From the NCBI RefSeq assembly GCF_000143415.4, contig NW_003314338.1, positions 382,202 through 446,201 on the forward strand: DNA of 64,000 bases, in the 5' to 3' direction. Positions 47,284-61,416 of the stretch are shown here, piece after piece. The position numbers and the translations under genes were made by a program. The DNA is from Selaginella moellendorffii (Eukaryota; Plantae; Lycopodiophyta). The stretch's first letter is position 1, and each line of letters begins with the position of its first letter. The notes beneath the pieces were generated by a model. The model had not been told where the DNA came from, searched no databases, and saw nothing but the letters and a program-made list of their open reading frames with translations.

Positions 47284-50200
47284 ATGGAGCAATTGGCTAC
47301 TACCATTCTTATAAATCTCCAGCCATTTGATAGCTCAAGGTGTTTTTGGTACTGGAGGGACCAAATGAAAGTGTTGAGCTTGATGGGGGTGTGGGACATG
47401 GTCACATCTCCCCAAAGTGCTAATTCTTCAGCCACTGAGTCCACTCACAATAGCAGTCAAGAGCAAGTTGCTTGAGCTATCATCAAATCGAAGCTAGTAG
47501 AGCATCTAGCATATGCAACGTTTGCTGGAGAATTGGGGAGCACCTCCTTGTGCATATTAGACAAAGGACTACTCAGAGATCATAGTGATTGAGACAAAAA
47601 TCCTATCAAAGTGCCACACTAGCAAGAAGGATTTGCAAGTTCTCTTCCAAGATTTTGCCATCTTTTTTAGGAACTGGAGGAAAGCAAGTGTGGCTACAGT
47701 GAAGAAAGAAAATTTTTGGCACTTAGTAAGGCTTTTGAGAAGCTGAATCAAGCTTTTGCTATCAATGTTTGCAACACTGCCACTATGATTGATGATATTG
47801 AGGGCATGATAAAGACAAAAATTGATGCTAGTTCTTGGTCGGCCACTTCACATGTGGAGTTTGCTAGAGCAGTCATGACTTAGCATCATGGAAGAGGAAG
47901 GCATTGCCCCAAGGATGAGGACGTGGTTGTGGGTGCTTGCAAGGACAAGGATGCAAACCACAATCTAGAGCAGAAGAATTTGAGGATAATGAGGAAGAAA
48001 ATAGCAGCTATTACTACTACTGCTAGAAGTTGAATACTAGACATGTAAAGGCTAATAGTCCAGTTCGCTTGTAGGAAGAAGCAAGAAGAGCAGCCAAGCA
48101 CCATACAGCTGCTAGATGTCCTCCATTTGTAGCTATTGTGGAAGACTCTGGATCCATGGGAGACCAGGGTGAGGATGATCCAGTAGTATGCTTAGTTGCT
48201 AGAAAAAAACTCAATTTCTGGTAGTCTAGTGCTAGATTCAAGAGCTAAGGGGCATGTCATGAAGGATAGGAATTGGTTCGAGGAGGTTAAATTGTTCAAA
48301 TGGGAAATGAAGGACTTCAAGTACTCAAGGGTAATGGAAGTTGTGTAGTGCCGATTAAAGGGCAAGGAGTCTTTAAAATAAAGCAAACTTTATTAATACC
48401 TGGCATTATGCACAATTTGGCCTCTATTGCAAGTCTCATTGACCATGGGATGGATATAAGGTTTACCAAAACTAAATGCTTTGTTAAGGAATCTATAAGA
48501 GAAGTATGGATTGCTAGAATGGTTTGAAATTTATATGAGCTTTTGTTCATAAAAGACCTCTAGTTTCCTCAATAGCTCTAGGCATTTTCAAGACTGCAAA
48601 TGTGGAGAATAAGACAGCTCTTTGGCACGCTTGACTTGCACATACAAATGTGCATCTTTTAAAATCCATCAAGTCATAGAATTTGGTGGATGGATTGGAT
48701 GATCCACTCTTGGAAGTAAAACATATTTGTTATGGTTGTCAACTTGGCAAACATGCACAAAGTTCCTTTCCTCATTCATCTTGGTGTACCAAGCAACCTT
48801 TAGATCTTGTGCATTTAGCTCTTTGTGGTCCTATGCAAGTTTAGTCACTCTTAGGGAAGTTCTACTTCATGATGATTGACGACTTCACTAGAAGGTGTAT
48901 CTGAGCAAAAAAAGTGATGCTTTTGTAGCTTTCAAGATCTTTCTTAAGCAATCTAAGAAGTAGTTGGATAGAAGATTGAAGATATTGCACTCAGACTCGA
49001 GAAGAGAGTACACATAAAATGAATTCAAGGTTTTTTGTCTTGAAAGAGGCATTCGGCAAGAGTTCACATGTACAGCTACACCACAACAAAATGGAGTAGC
49101 TAAATGAAAAACTAGAACAATCATGAATGCAGTGAGATCTATGATAAAAGCAACTAGTCTTCCCAACTTTTTTTGGCAAGAAGCTATTCAAGTAGCAGTT
49201 CATGTCCAGAATAGAATCCCTTCAGCTAGAAAAAGGGATGTCATTCTAAAGGAGGTTTAGATAGGTTGTCAACAAAGCATAGGCAGGCATGAAAGTTTTT
49301 TGCTCACTTGCTTATGCTAAAGTTCTCAATGATGATTTGAAGAAGCTTGATGACAAGAGTGTCCTTGGTTTTCTCATTGGATACAATGGATACAAGAAAG
49401 GTTATCACATCTATCACCCAAACTAGTGTAAAGTGATTGTATCACAAGATGTTATATTTGATGAAGGCATTTTGTACAAGGATCATCATCTTGCAAAATC
49501 TCAATGGTGGGAACCAGACCTAGAAGAGCTTGTAGCAACTTCTAGAGTGTGGAGTTATGCCTAAGTTTAGGCATTCAAGACAACCACACTCCTTCTTGAT
49601 GACTTTCATAGAAATGACCGTCAATGCTCCCAAGCTGAAAATCTTGAGCAAAATCAAGAAGTTCAAGAGCCTCTAGCAACAGCTCAAGCTGAAGAACTTC
49701 CACAATACCATTGAAGGAGGCCAGAATCTAAGAGGTTGATAGCTGAGTTGAATTTCGATACACAAAACAGAGGGAGGGATGAATCTGGAAGAACATTACG
49801 ACATCCTAGACCAAAAATCCTGAGCATTCACATGCCAAGCACGTACCAAGAAGCTATCTCAGGACCAGATGCAAAGAAATGGATCTAGGCCATGAAGGAA
49901 GAACTTGACAGTCACAATCAAAACAGCATTTTCAAGTTGTGTAAAGCTCCACCTAGAAGAAAGATCATTGGGAGGAAATGGGTGTATAAGATCCAATACA
50001 ACCCAGACTCCACCATCAAGAGGTACAAGACTAGACTTGTAACTCAAGGTTTTCCATAAATTTCAAGTGTTGATTATGAAGAGACCTTCTCATCAGTCGT
50101 GAAGGTGGCATGTTTGAGGACACTAAAAACTTTTGCTACTAAGTTTGGTTTACATGATCATCATATGGACATCAAGATAGCTTTTCTAAATGCCACTTTG

Positions 50201-51325
50201 AACAAGGAGATCTTCATGCATGAACCAGAAGGTTTTAAGGCAGGTCTTGACTTTGTTTGGAAGCTAAGAAAATCCATCTATGGGCTAAAACAGGTGGTAC
50301 AAATGCTTGAATAATTTATTGCAGAAGAAAGGTTTCCGAAAGCTCAACTTATATGGAAACCTTTATTAGAAGTAGGAAGGAACAAATGTTTTAGTCATGG
50401 TAGTGTATATCAATGATTGTTTGCTTGTTGGCAATGGAAAAGAGTACCTTAAAAAGGTCAAGCAAATTTTGATGTAGCGGTATAGGATGACAGCTCTTGG
50501 GAAGGTCCAGAAAATCCTTGGTATGGAAGTTCATCAAAGTCCAGATCGTTCCCACATTGCAATCACATTGTGTGCATAGGTTCATAAAATACTTCATAAA
50601 CACGGCATGACAAAGTGCAAATCAGCTCCAATGCCAATGGTCTTTAGTACAAAATTCTCTCAATATTCTGAACTTGAGGTACTTCAAGATATCAGACCAT
50701 ACCAGAAACTTGTTGGCAGCCTTTTATACATCTCCACTTGACATTGCTTTGCAGTTGGAGTACTCAGTCGCTACACCTCTTATCCAACAAAGAAACACAT
50801 GAAAGATATCTCAAAGGGACTAAGCAGTTTGGTTTAGTCTATGAAAGAGATAACAGCTCTACAGTCAAACTCATTGCATACTCGGATGCAGATTGGGTAG
50901 GCGATGTGGATACTAGGCCATCAACATTTGGAGTATGTTGTTTATTTTTTGAGGCAGCAGGGAGTAAAAAGAAAACTGTGGTGGCTCTTTCCAGTGCAGA
51001 AGCAGAGTATGTAGCAGCTTCAGCAGCAGCAAAGGAGATAGTATGGCTAAGGCTTATGATACAGGAACTTGGATAGGAGCAAAAGGATGCCACTCCACTT
51101 TTTACAGACAACAAAAGCTGCATTGCCATCTCAAAAAATCCAGTGTTTCATGGGTGGGTAAAGCATATAGAGATCCAATATCATTTTGTTTGTGGCCAAG
51201 TCGAAGTGACCCTAGAGTATATTCCAACAAAATCCTTTTTGAGGCTAAAGACCCAAAACTGAGTTGAGATTTAGACTAAAAGTTGGTAATTTTGGTGAGA
51301 GTAAGCATGGATTAGATAGAGGGGT
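47284..51325 (+). mobile_element. Degenerate Ty1/Copia LTR retrotransposon (gag-PR-INT-RT-RH)
   Basis: Broken frames in Copia order: W..QMK...GVWDMV, VLDS, LCGPM and PQQNGVA, WVYK/RYKTRLV/HMDIKIAFLN/LRKSIYGLKQ, YSDADW.GD, VALSSAEAEYVA, KHIEIQYHFV; PPT-like AGAGGGG near 51318. Confidence 0.92.
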
Positions 51326-51655
51326 GCTAAAGAAGTGTTCAAAAATAATTTCCATTCCCAAAAGAGAAATCAACTATAGTGCAAGTAGAATGGTGCCCAT
51401 GTAGCTCTCTCTCTTTCTCTCTCCACCAGTTTTGGTCAAAGTTCATCATTCCTATTGGCAATTGATGCAATTAAGACTTTAACTTCAAGCTCCATTTCTG
51501 AAGTGTGGAGACAGTTCCAAGTGGAAGTGTTCATGAAATATGACTTTGGAGAAAGATTTTGTCCTCGAGGGTAAGTTGAAGCTATGACAAAGAGCACTCG
51601 CAGAGAATTCCAATCACTAAACCCTATAAGATTTTCAAACGATAAACAGTGATAA

Positions 51656-53070
51656 GAAATTATAGCTTTCTATTGAGGCCGAAATGGACAGCAAATATGT
51701 AAGCGATTGGTACACCAACAATGTAGTAAGCTCTCGCAACACCTAAAGTTCTCACAGTCAATCCATAAAAATCATAGAAAGAATCACGAAAGAATCAACA
51801 TAAAGTTCTTGGAGGATTGATATGAACTTACCCGAAATGGATCCTTGGATATCATCCATGAAGGAAATCAGAGGTATGGTACAACTTCTGCTATAAGCTT
51901 TGGCGACTTCTTTGCGAGCCAAGAACAAGATCGTCACCATTATCTTAGCCTTGACGAGCACGAGACCAAGCGTGACAACGAACGAAAACTGCACAAACAT
52001 TGGAAACATGGCCAGCTCCAAGCTCGTTGGAAATTCGCGTACTATGAAAAAATACTTGAAAACTCTGATCAATAAGAATGTAAGGAGAACCTGGCTGATA
52101 TTCCAATACCACGTCAATCATAGAGTGTTATAGCTTCTTAGACCAAGGTTCCTTCATATCTTCATATATCAAAGGAGTTTAACCTTCCGACTAAACTTCA
52201 TTCTTACATGATCGAATAGACCGATGCCTGGGGATTTGGCAGAAGTCCTGAAAAGAATTACCGTCTTATTCCACACTAAACAAAACTAATCAAAAAGTAA
52301 AAAAATGTGATAAAGAAGTAGAAGACATAATTTACCAGACATGATCGCTGAAGGAACTGCCAACTTTAAGAAAACTTCGATGTCTCGAAACATTTCGGTG
52401 GAAAATCAGGGCCAACATTGCTGGCAGCGGGGGATGAAAGCCACCAAGAGCACAAACAGTCTAGCGTTTATCTAGTAGGAAATGCTGAGTCCAATTCCCA
52501 GCTTCAGCTTGTGGATCATGATCCAGTAGAGCAGCATTGGAACCACGCAGATATGGATCTGGAGAAATCTCATGAGTGGCTGGATCAAAGCATAGGATAG
52601 CAATCCCGGGATCAAATAACGGGCGTAGATCCCGGCCTTGAGGGTTCCACATTGTTGAACAAAAGAGCAAATGGTAGCGAGATCAAGAAGAATTCCCAGA
52701 GTGTGGTATTGCTTGGCTCCATAGGCTTGGCCGCAAAGAGTTTCCAGAGCGCTAGCCAGTTCCAGCTGCAAAACAATCAAACAGAGAAGAAGACCAATGC
52801 AAGCTCGCAAACTTTGAAGAACAGTGATAAACTTGGCTAAAGAACAAGAGGAAGAACTCACTAAGAATTTATAGAGAAGATACTGAATCCCGAGATGGTG
52901 CAAAAGGAAGTGGCGATGGAGGCGCTGGAGAAATCGAGCTCTCCCGAGTACAAACATCACCGAGACGATCTAGATGGAATACTGGAGGAGATTGACGCCC
53001 ATCATCGGCAGCACGAGCCAGAGCTGGCGCCCAATCTCCGCTCGAGCCCGATTGAAGGCGACCATCTTCT
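51656..53070 (-). pseudogene. MATE transporter pseudogene (tandem duplicate)
   Basis: Collinear with 53162-55213 (ASALETLCGQAYGAKQY, DDIQGSISG) with several deletions and frameshifts. Confidence 0.85.
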
Positions 53071-53161
53071 TCTTCTAGCTCCTCGCTCCTCTAATTCCTT
53101 CCAGATTTAGATTTTATTCTTGTGACGTGTCACATTCTACCGTACTCAAGTACGGCATGAT

Positions 53162-55213
53162 CTAAGATAGTAATGGTAAAGTTGCCGAGGTCTCGACTCT
53201 CTTGGTCGCGTTCTCGGCCTGGAAGAGGAAGTTTTAAAATCGATGTCGAACCAAAACTTCCAAGAGAGATTTAGATTTCTTACTTGTTTTTCCCAGTTTG
53301 TGAAGACACTAGAGATCAAAAGGAAGGTTATCGCTTGTGTGCCTGTTCCACAAAGAATTCCAATCACTAGTCCCTGTTCGATTTGAGAGGAACACAAAAC
53401 TTTGACGATCAGGAGTAACAAAACACGATCATTCACACCTTTCCATTGAGGCCGAAATGGAACGCGAGACTGTAAGCGATTGGTACACCAACAATGTAGT
53501 AAGCTCCCAGATTTGCAGCAGCAGCAGTTGCTTGCCATCCACAACCCCTCGCAACACCTAAAGTTCTCACGATCGATCATAAAATCCCATGAAAGTCATC
53601 TCCGAAGTTCTTGGAGCGATTATGAGCTTACCCGAGATGGATCCTTGGATATCATCCATGAAGGAAATGAGGGCTATGATCGGTCCAAGCTTCGCCACAT
53701 TGTTGATAACTTCTGGTTCGTTGCTATAAACTCTTCCCAGAAAGTGGCGAGCCAAGAACAAGAGAATCGCCATTGTCGTAGCATCAAGGAGGGCGAGACC
53801 AAGTGTGACAAAGAAGGCAAACCGCGCATTGGAAACTTGGCCAGCTCCAAGCTCATTGGAAATTCGCGTACTATGAAAGACCAAACCTTGATTTTTCAGT
53901 AAGAAAATGGATGAAATTTTACCTGGCCGCTATACCAATGCCATAAGGTATCATAAACGTGAAGCTTACAGTGTTCAAGCTGCAAGGACGGTTTTACCGT
54001 GATCAGTAAAATCAAAAATCAATCTATAATCTCATTTACATGATCGAGTAAACCGAGGTTTGGAGCTGGGGATTTGGCAAAAGTCCTGCGAGGAGAAGTA
54101 GTAGCTCAAAAGCCCACCATTCCACACTGCCAAAAAAAAAAAAAAAAGATAGTAAGAAATAGCACAAAAAACGAAAGAGAAAACCATAATTTACCAGACC
54201 ATGATCGCGGAAGGGACCGCCAACCTCAGGAAAAGTTTGAAGTCTCGAAACGCTTCGGTGGAAAATCCGGGCCAGCATTTCTTGCAGCGAGGGATAAAAG
54301 CCACCAAGAGCACAAAAAATCCAGCGTTTAGCCAGAAACAAATGCTGAGCGAGATCGCGGCTCCATGAGCTCCAATTCCCAGCTTATGGATCATGATCCA
54401 GCAGAGTAGTATGTGAACTAGCAAGCTCACGACAGAGCAAAACAGCATTGGAACCACGCAACTCTGGGTCTGGAGAAATCTCATGAGTGGCTGGATCAAA
54501 GCGTAAGATAGCAGCCCCGGGATCAAGTAGCGCGCGTAGATCCCGGCCTTGAGAGAAATATCTGGAGCCTGGCCGAAGAAGAGGAGGACTGGCTCCATGT
54601 TGTAGAACAAGAGAGCTAATGGTATCGAGATCATGATAAGGATACAAATTGCTCTTTGGAGGAGAATTCCCAGCGTGTGGTATTGCTTGGCTCCATAGGC
54701 TTGGCCGCAAAGAGTTTCCAGAGCGCTCGCCAGTCCCAGCTATTTCAGTAGGAAAATCCAAGATGGATTAGAATCCGTGCAAGCAATCACCCATCATATC
54801 CAGAGAAGACTCAAGCAAAGTTCTAGAGATAAAATCCAGCAATGAAAGCTTTGCATGAGGAGGAGATAAGAAAATGGGGGACTAACTATTGGAAGATCAA
54901 TCATTGAGTCATTTATACCTAGGAGAAGAGAAATGGGTTTGTTTACCAGGATGCTGAAGCCCGTGACGTTGCAAAAGGAGCTGGCGATGGAGGCGCCGGA
55001 CAGATCGAGCTCTCCCAGGTGACCCACGAACATCACCGAGACGAGCTGGATGGAATACTGGAGGAGATTGACGCCCATCATCGGCAGCGCGAGCCAGAGC
55101 TGGCGCCCAATCTCCGCTCGCACCCGATTAGCAAGGCGGCCATGAGTGGCATCTTCTTCTTCTTGTTCTAAGTCAAGCTCTTTTCTCTGGCTCATGCTGC
55201 TCAGTGCCGCCAT
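53162..55213 (-). CDS. MATE/DTX efflux transporter (multi-exon)
   Basis: VSVMFVGHLGELDLSGASIA, LASALETLCGQAYGAKQY, RFLQTQS, EWWAFELL, STRISNELGAG, TNWEKQ / AENATKRVETSATLPLLS*. Confidence 0.93.
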
Positions 55214-55364
55214 GCCCAAGCCTGATCTTTTAATTCAATCTGCCGACGTCTCTTTCTTTATTGAATATTTTGTTTTTACGGATTCAAAGTCGAAGAAGAA
55301 AGAACGTTGAACAAGATCTTGCATTTTTTATTTTTGACGTGAAATCTTAATTTTATGCCATCTT

Positions 55365-55366
<2 letters not shown>

Positions 55367-55392
<26 letters not shown>
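55367..55392. repeat. (CT)n microsatellite upstream of MATE
   Basis: Read directly. Confidence 0.9.
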
Positions 55393-55396
<4 letters not shown>

Positions 55397-55829
55397 GGCG
55401 CTCCCGAAATCAACCGTGAGCACCTGAAATTTACCGATCTACCAGGCTCCTCTGCTGTACAAAGGAGAATAAAAAAGAAAAACAGTGTTTTTTATTCAGG
55501 GATGCACACACGCACACAGCGAGAGAGCTTGGCAGATCAGTGAGCGACAGAAAGTAAAAGAGTCGTGTAGCAGCTATAGAAAAAGCTTACACCTTCTGAA
55601 AAGCTCAACCTAATAGAAAACCCATGGACAACTCATAACTGCATAGAATAATTATGTACATTTGTCTTCTTTCTTTTTAAATTTTCATCAAAAAATTTCG
55701 TCTCATGGAAAATCAAACAATGACCCATGCACCATAGGAATATTTTAAGAATATTCTATGGCTTGTGGGATTTAATTGGGTTCACTCTTTATTCACTTCA
55801 TTGGTATTGGAATAATTTATTCTTTTGGG

Positions 55830-58100
55830 GATGGCAAATAAGTGAGATATAAATCTTGATGAGAAATATGGTATTAGTGATGATGGCCATAATGATAAGG
55901 AAGAGATTTTTAATGATGTTGTTATGCAACAAGGTTGTTAAATTTTTAAGGTTTAAAGTGACATTAAAGAAGTTAAAGATTCTGTCAATCTCATTAAAAA
56001 CTTCCTACTTCATATAAACCCTCAAAAATTGAATCAATCTTATGTCCATGATTATTATTAGTATGTTAAACATGCCAAAGATTATAATGGAAGTCATTAT
56101 CAGATGTTTGTAATAGTTAAGAAGTTGGTTGGAATTGTGGGAAAGTTGTTAATTTTACAATTCTTGTGAGGATAAGGTGAAAATTGATTTTTTGGTGACA
56201 AAGCTAATGGGCTATGCTTCTTCGTGGTGGTTAAACTATATCAAAGTTAATCCTAAGCCAACTTCTTAGAGTGATTTGATGAAATATTTCATTTGTCAAG
56301 AAGTTTGAAGAGCTATTAAAGATCAAACAAAGGACTTTGTTTTTGGATGTGTATATCTATAAATTCTGTGATCTTTGTCTTAGTCTCATGGGTATTTATA
56401 ATAAATTGCTAAACATGCAATGTTTCACCAAAGGTTTGAGCTTAATAAATGTGTAGTAGAAAGTTAAGAAGGATCTCTAGCAATGTTGACTGATGCTATC
56501 ATTAAGGCTTAGATCTTTTTACCCAAACTGTCAATCAACTTTAATCAACTGGATGGTGTATAGAATAATTAACATAATAACCAACCCACCAATGCTTCAT
56601 ATTTGGGGAAGAAACAACCATTGCTCCATAAAGGCTCGAAAAGTGGAAATGGCAATGAAGCTAAAAAAAATTGTTTAGACTAGTGAGAGAAGGAGGCAAT
56701 TATTTTTATTGTCAAAAGGTTAAACATCACAGCAAAGATTGTCTTTTTGTGATCAATCTTTTCCAATCTTCTCTAGAATACATTAAAACATACTACCATT
56801 CATAATTGAGATGAAAAGTGTCAAATGGCGTTTTAGTGTTTGAAGCAATATTATATTTCTACTACTATGTTGAAGAGTTTGTATCTTGAGAAGCCTTTTG
56901 TGGTCAATATAAGCTACAAGTTTGATGATACACAATAGAATTGGCTTACTTAAGATAAAGGTGATAAATTTGTGTCATTTAAAATATGAGATGGAATTCT
57001 AATGAAGAAAGGATGTGTGGTGGTTCTTTATGTTAACAAATTCATCAAATGGATTTTGGTTGAATGTCATAATGTGCCAAGTGTTAGGCATCCAGGGGTT
57101 ATTGAGAATATATATATTGGTGAAGATGTATTTTTTTTTGGCATGGGATGAAATTAAAGGTTAAAAAGTATATATATGGTTATTTAACCTACTAGATGGT
57201 CAAAGTTGATCATCAAAAACTCACTAACCTCTATTATTACTTAAGAATAAATAGGATAACATCTCAATAAACTTTATCATTGGTTTATTTAAGAGCTTTT
57301 GAGGAAATGATGCTATTTGGGTTATTATGGATCGTTTGACAAAGATGGCTCACTTCTTCCTAGTGAAAATGATAATTAAAGCTTCTAAACTTGCTCAATT
57401 ATTTGTAGACCAGTTATTCAATCTCTATGGTTTGCTTGATAATATTGTGAGTGATTAGGATCCCAAGTTCACGTCTAAGTTTTGGCAAATAATCTTTGAT
57501 AAGCTAGAGATTAGTTGAGTATGAGTAGTGGTAAATATCCACAATTAGATGGGTAGAGAAAGCGCAAATTAGAAGATATGCTAAAGTTTTTTATGGGAAA
57601 ACTTGACTTGACAAAAAGTATGAGAGAAGTACTTGCCTTTGCTTCAATTTGCTCATAATAGTGCTCATCAATTAGCTATTGGCATATCTTCATTTATGGC
57701 AATGTATGGCTATGAACTTAAGTCTCTCGTGAGTTTAAGTTTGGTTTTGGTTTGGGTACCTTATACTTTTGATTTCCTAGAGGATATGCAAGACAACCTT
57801 GAGTTGGCAAAGTTAAATATGAGGCAAGCTCAAGATTAAGACAAAACATTGACTAATGAGCATTGTCATTATTAAGAGTACAAAGTTGGTGATAATTTTT
57901 CTTTTAAGCTATTAAATGCATAACAGTCTTTGAGAGATGGCAGTGCTAAGTTGTCTCTACGGTATTGTGGGCTATGAACAATTTTACGTGTGGGGGATCT
58001 TGTTTACATTTTGAATTTGCTAGCTAGTTCAAATATTCATCCAACATTTCATGTGAGCAAACTTAATATGTGTTTGCACTTTGGTAATGTCATAGATTAA
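55830..58100 (+). mobile_element. Heavily decayed Ty3/Gypsy retrotransposon fragment (mainly integrase)
   Basis: HPG, IWVIMDRLTKMAHF, NIVSD.DPKFTSKFW, PQLDG, LPLLQFAHNSA and IHPTFHVSKL motifs with many stops; left boundary uncertain. Confidence 0.8.
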
Positions 58101-59108
58101 TCTATCATCTAGGTCCTAAAGATAGATATAAAGGGTTGGGAGGTTAGCTTAGGTTCAATGTCAAATTTAATGGGGGCAGGAAGTTTGATTTTATAGTTCA
58201 AATATCTAGCAAAAGATAAAGTCACTCTTTCAACACACAAACCAATGTAGTGACCTTGATGAAGCAATTTGATCTTTGAGCAGCTTTGAGCACTATCTCC
58301 CAGTTGCACCAATTGCCTCCATGGTAGCTTGCTATTGAACCAACAAGTTACATTATTTCATGAGCGAAAATGGTAATGGAATGAGCCAACTTGATGACAT
58401 TGCTTTGCTCTTCAATGTCCACTATCTGAGATAAAGTCCATGGATGTCCAAAAAGATTATATGTTAGGTCTGTGTACTGATTGTTTAGAGTTTTGTAATG
58501 CAAACTAATATTGTCCTCAGTGTAATTCATAGAGATTATATTCTCTTGGATGGAATCAACTAAGATTTCAGATTTGGCATATCAGGTTTAACATATGTGT
58601 CCACAAAACCTTTAAGTGGTTTAAGTGGTGGAAACATTTATATTCACAGGTATTTTTATCCAGAGAACTAGACCTTCTATTTTGTGACAAGTTGATTACA
58701 TACTGGTGCTGCACGTTAATCAGCATTCACCATTTATTGGTTCTATATGTCAAGCTGGATGAAAAGGGAAAGAGAAGTTCATGCAAGGACAAATAAGAAA
58801 TGGTTGATCAAGTGATGGATAGAATCAAGAAGCTGAACATCAAGGTGAAGTTAGTCTTTAGGTGACGTTGGTGGCTTGCATGGAGACAAGCATCAGTGCC
58901 TAGAGGATCCTATCATATTTAGTCAGCAAAAGAGCAAAAAGACTAAAGTAACTTCATCCAAGCCTTTTGCAGTAGCTATAGCAATTGCTAATCACTGGTA
59001 ACAATTTAAAAGATGAATAGAGTATTTGCAATGGAATGATAAAAAAGCAAAAATGATAATAGATATAAACAATAATACCAAGAAGTTTTTTGTGTGATGA
59101 AAAATAAT

Positions 59109-59326
59109 TTTAAAGAGAGATTAAGGATTTCTGAAATTTGAAATTTATAAGATAAAAGATGAATATAATCTTTAAGTGATTTCATTTATAGTGTATATTT
59201 TATAAAATTTAGAAAAGTAACTTTAAAGAGAGATTAGTGAGTTCTTAAATTTGAAATTTATAAGATAAAATGTGAATATAATATTTAAGTGATTTCATTT
59301 ATAGTGTATATTTTATAAAATTTAGA
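59109..59326. repeat. Two-copy AT-rich tandem repeat, unit about 113 bp
   Basis: TTTAAAGAGAGATTA...TTTAAGTGATTTCATTTATAGTGTATATTTTATAAAATTTAGA occurs twice. Confidence 0.85.
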
Positions 59327-61416
59327 CTATTGAATAAATTAAATTAAATTTGTTTTTTTGGTATTTGTCAACTATGAGCTACTAAGGTGTGGTGTAGATA
59401 TTCTATAGCTTTTCCATTGTTAATAATTAATGATGCATATATGAGTTTAGATTAGATATTTTAAATGAAAAGAAATAAAAATAAATTATTTTTATCAAAA
59501 TTTGTCCATCATAATATAAAAAGAATATCTTGATGATGTTGTTATACTATTACTGAGTTTTAGATTTATAAAATATCATTAAAGAAAAATATTTTTATTA
59601 TAAAAATTATATAATTATTTTATTAAAATTTTAAATTTATTATTTATTTATATTAAAAAATTTACTCATATATAGTTCTTTTCATAGAAGATATAACAGT
59701 GATTTTATCTTTAAGTGATTTCTTTTAGTTGTAAATGTTTTATTATTAAATTAATTTAATTTAGTTTATTCCTCCATATATTTCAAGTAAGAGTTATAGA
59801 GTTGTGGTTAGAATAATTTTCAGTTTTTCCACTTTTTCCATCACACATTCAATATGTTATTATAATACTAAAATCATATCTTGATGATATTTCTATATTA
59901 TTGGTAAGTTCTAGATTTATAAAATATAATCATTAATGATAAATAAAAAATTTTGTGATTATAGTTCTTAGAATATTATATAGTTAACTTATTGCCAATT
60001 TAAATCATAAATAATTCATTTATTTATGATGTAAAAACTCTTAAGTTTTAATTTGAAAATTATATAATAAAACGAGGATAATATTTAAATGATTCTTTTA
60101 GATATAAGTTTTATAAAATTTAAACAACTTTGGTGGTAGTGGATATACCTAGAATATTCTTGAATATTCCATTATCTAATAGTTGTTATTTATTTAGTTT
60201 CATCTTGTATTTATAATTTTTAAACATATTTATCTCTCTGAAATATTTTTTTATTATATTATTATTTATTGTATCATCAAATGATGATATGTATAAGATG
60301 AATCTTGATTTAAAAGTTATAAACATGTTTATATCTATTTATCAATTTGATTATTCAATAGTACTAAATATAAAATAAAATAGTAATAAAATTGCAATGC
60401 ACAACAATGGGATAACTGTCAAAGGGTTATTTTTTTAACCACGTCTTAATGAATAATTGTGTTGATGTTTACACTTAGCCAATGGGAGCATTCTAACATG
60501 TGTCACAAATTCTAGGTCATTAACAATCCTAAATGGAGAGTGGTGATTCATGCTACACCTTCTTCTCTAGGGTTCTGTGCTTGTAAAAGCAAACACCAGG
60601 TTATTGCTTTACAGCTCCCCAATCTCTTTAAGCGCTCTCTCACAGGATTCCGCAAGTGTGCATGGGGGCGTTCAGATCAACATAAGTGCAAGGAACTTCT
60701 TGAGATTCCAATTCTCATCCAGAATGGTAAGTTTATTTGGGAGTCTCTCATCATTGACTACATTGACAGGTTCTCACATCCATGCACAAAGGCTGACTTG
60801 GTTGACAAAAAAGTAATAGACTCCATTCTTCCAAAACCAGCTTATAGATTATTTGGGGTTTCCTAGACAACAGCATGGTGACAAAGAAACATGCCATAAT
60901 GCTACATTGGGTGCTGATTTCGACTTGACTCTCCTTTAGATCCCATTAAAGTGGAATATGCTTGATCCTATTCCAAAATCTAATTAGGTAGTTTGCTAAT
61001 CAGGCAGTTTTGCTAACTAGGTAGCATATGCTAGGCAATTGCTAGTATAACACTAAAAGAATCTTGATGATATTGTTGGTATGAATTTATAAAATAAAAA
61101 ATTATTATTTAAAAAATGAATGCACAATATTTATTGATGATCCGACTACTTAATCTTAATAGAAAATTGCATGTTTAGATTATCTTTACGTGTGTAAATT
61201 CGCATTTGCAATTTAAAACTTATACTCATTCACATAGTTTTAAAAGGAAAATATCTATTATCTAGGTCACCTAAACACTTACGTGTTTCAAGAGAAAACA
61301 CGTTCACGTGTCGTAATAGAACACTCTTAAATCAACTATTAAAGGACTGTCATGAAACATGAGGTTTTGTGTTCTTTTCACATAATCTACTGGGAGCAGG
61401 GCATAGCATTGCTATA

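Noticed and set aside
58100-60900. Possible LINE relics (WCNWEIVL near 58300; LPFWMRI near 60720, minus strand)
   Set aside because: Motifs too short and degraded to support a call
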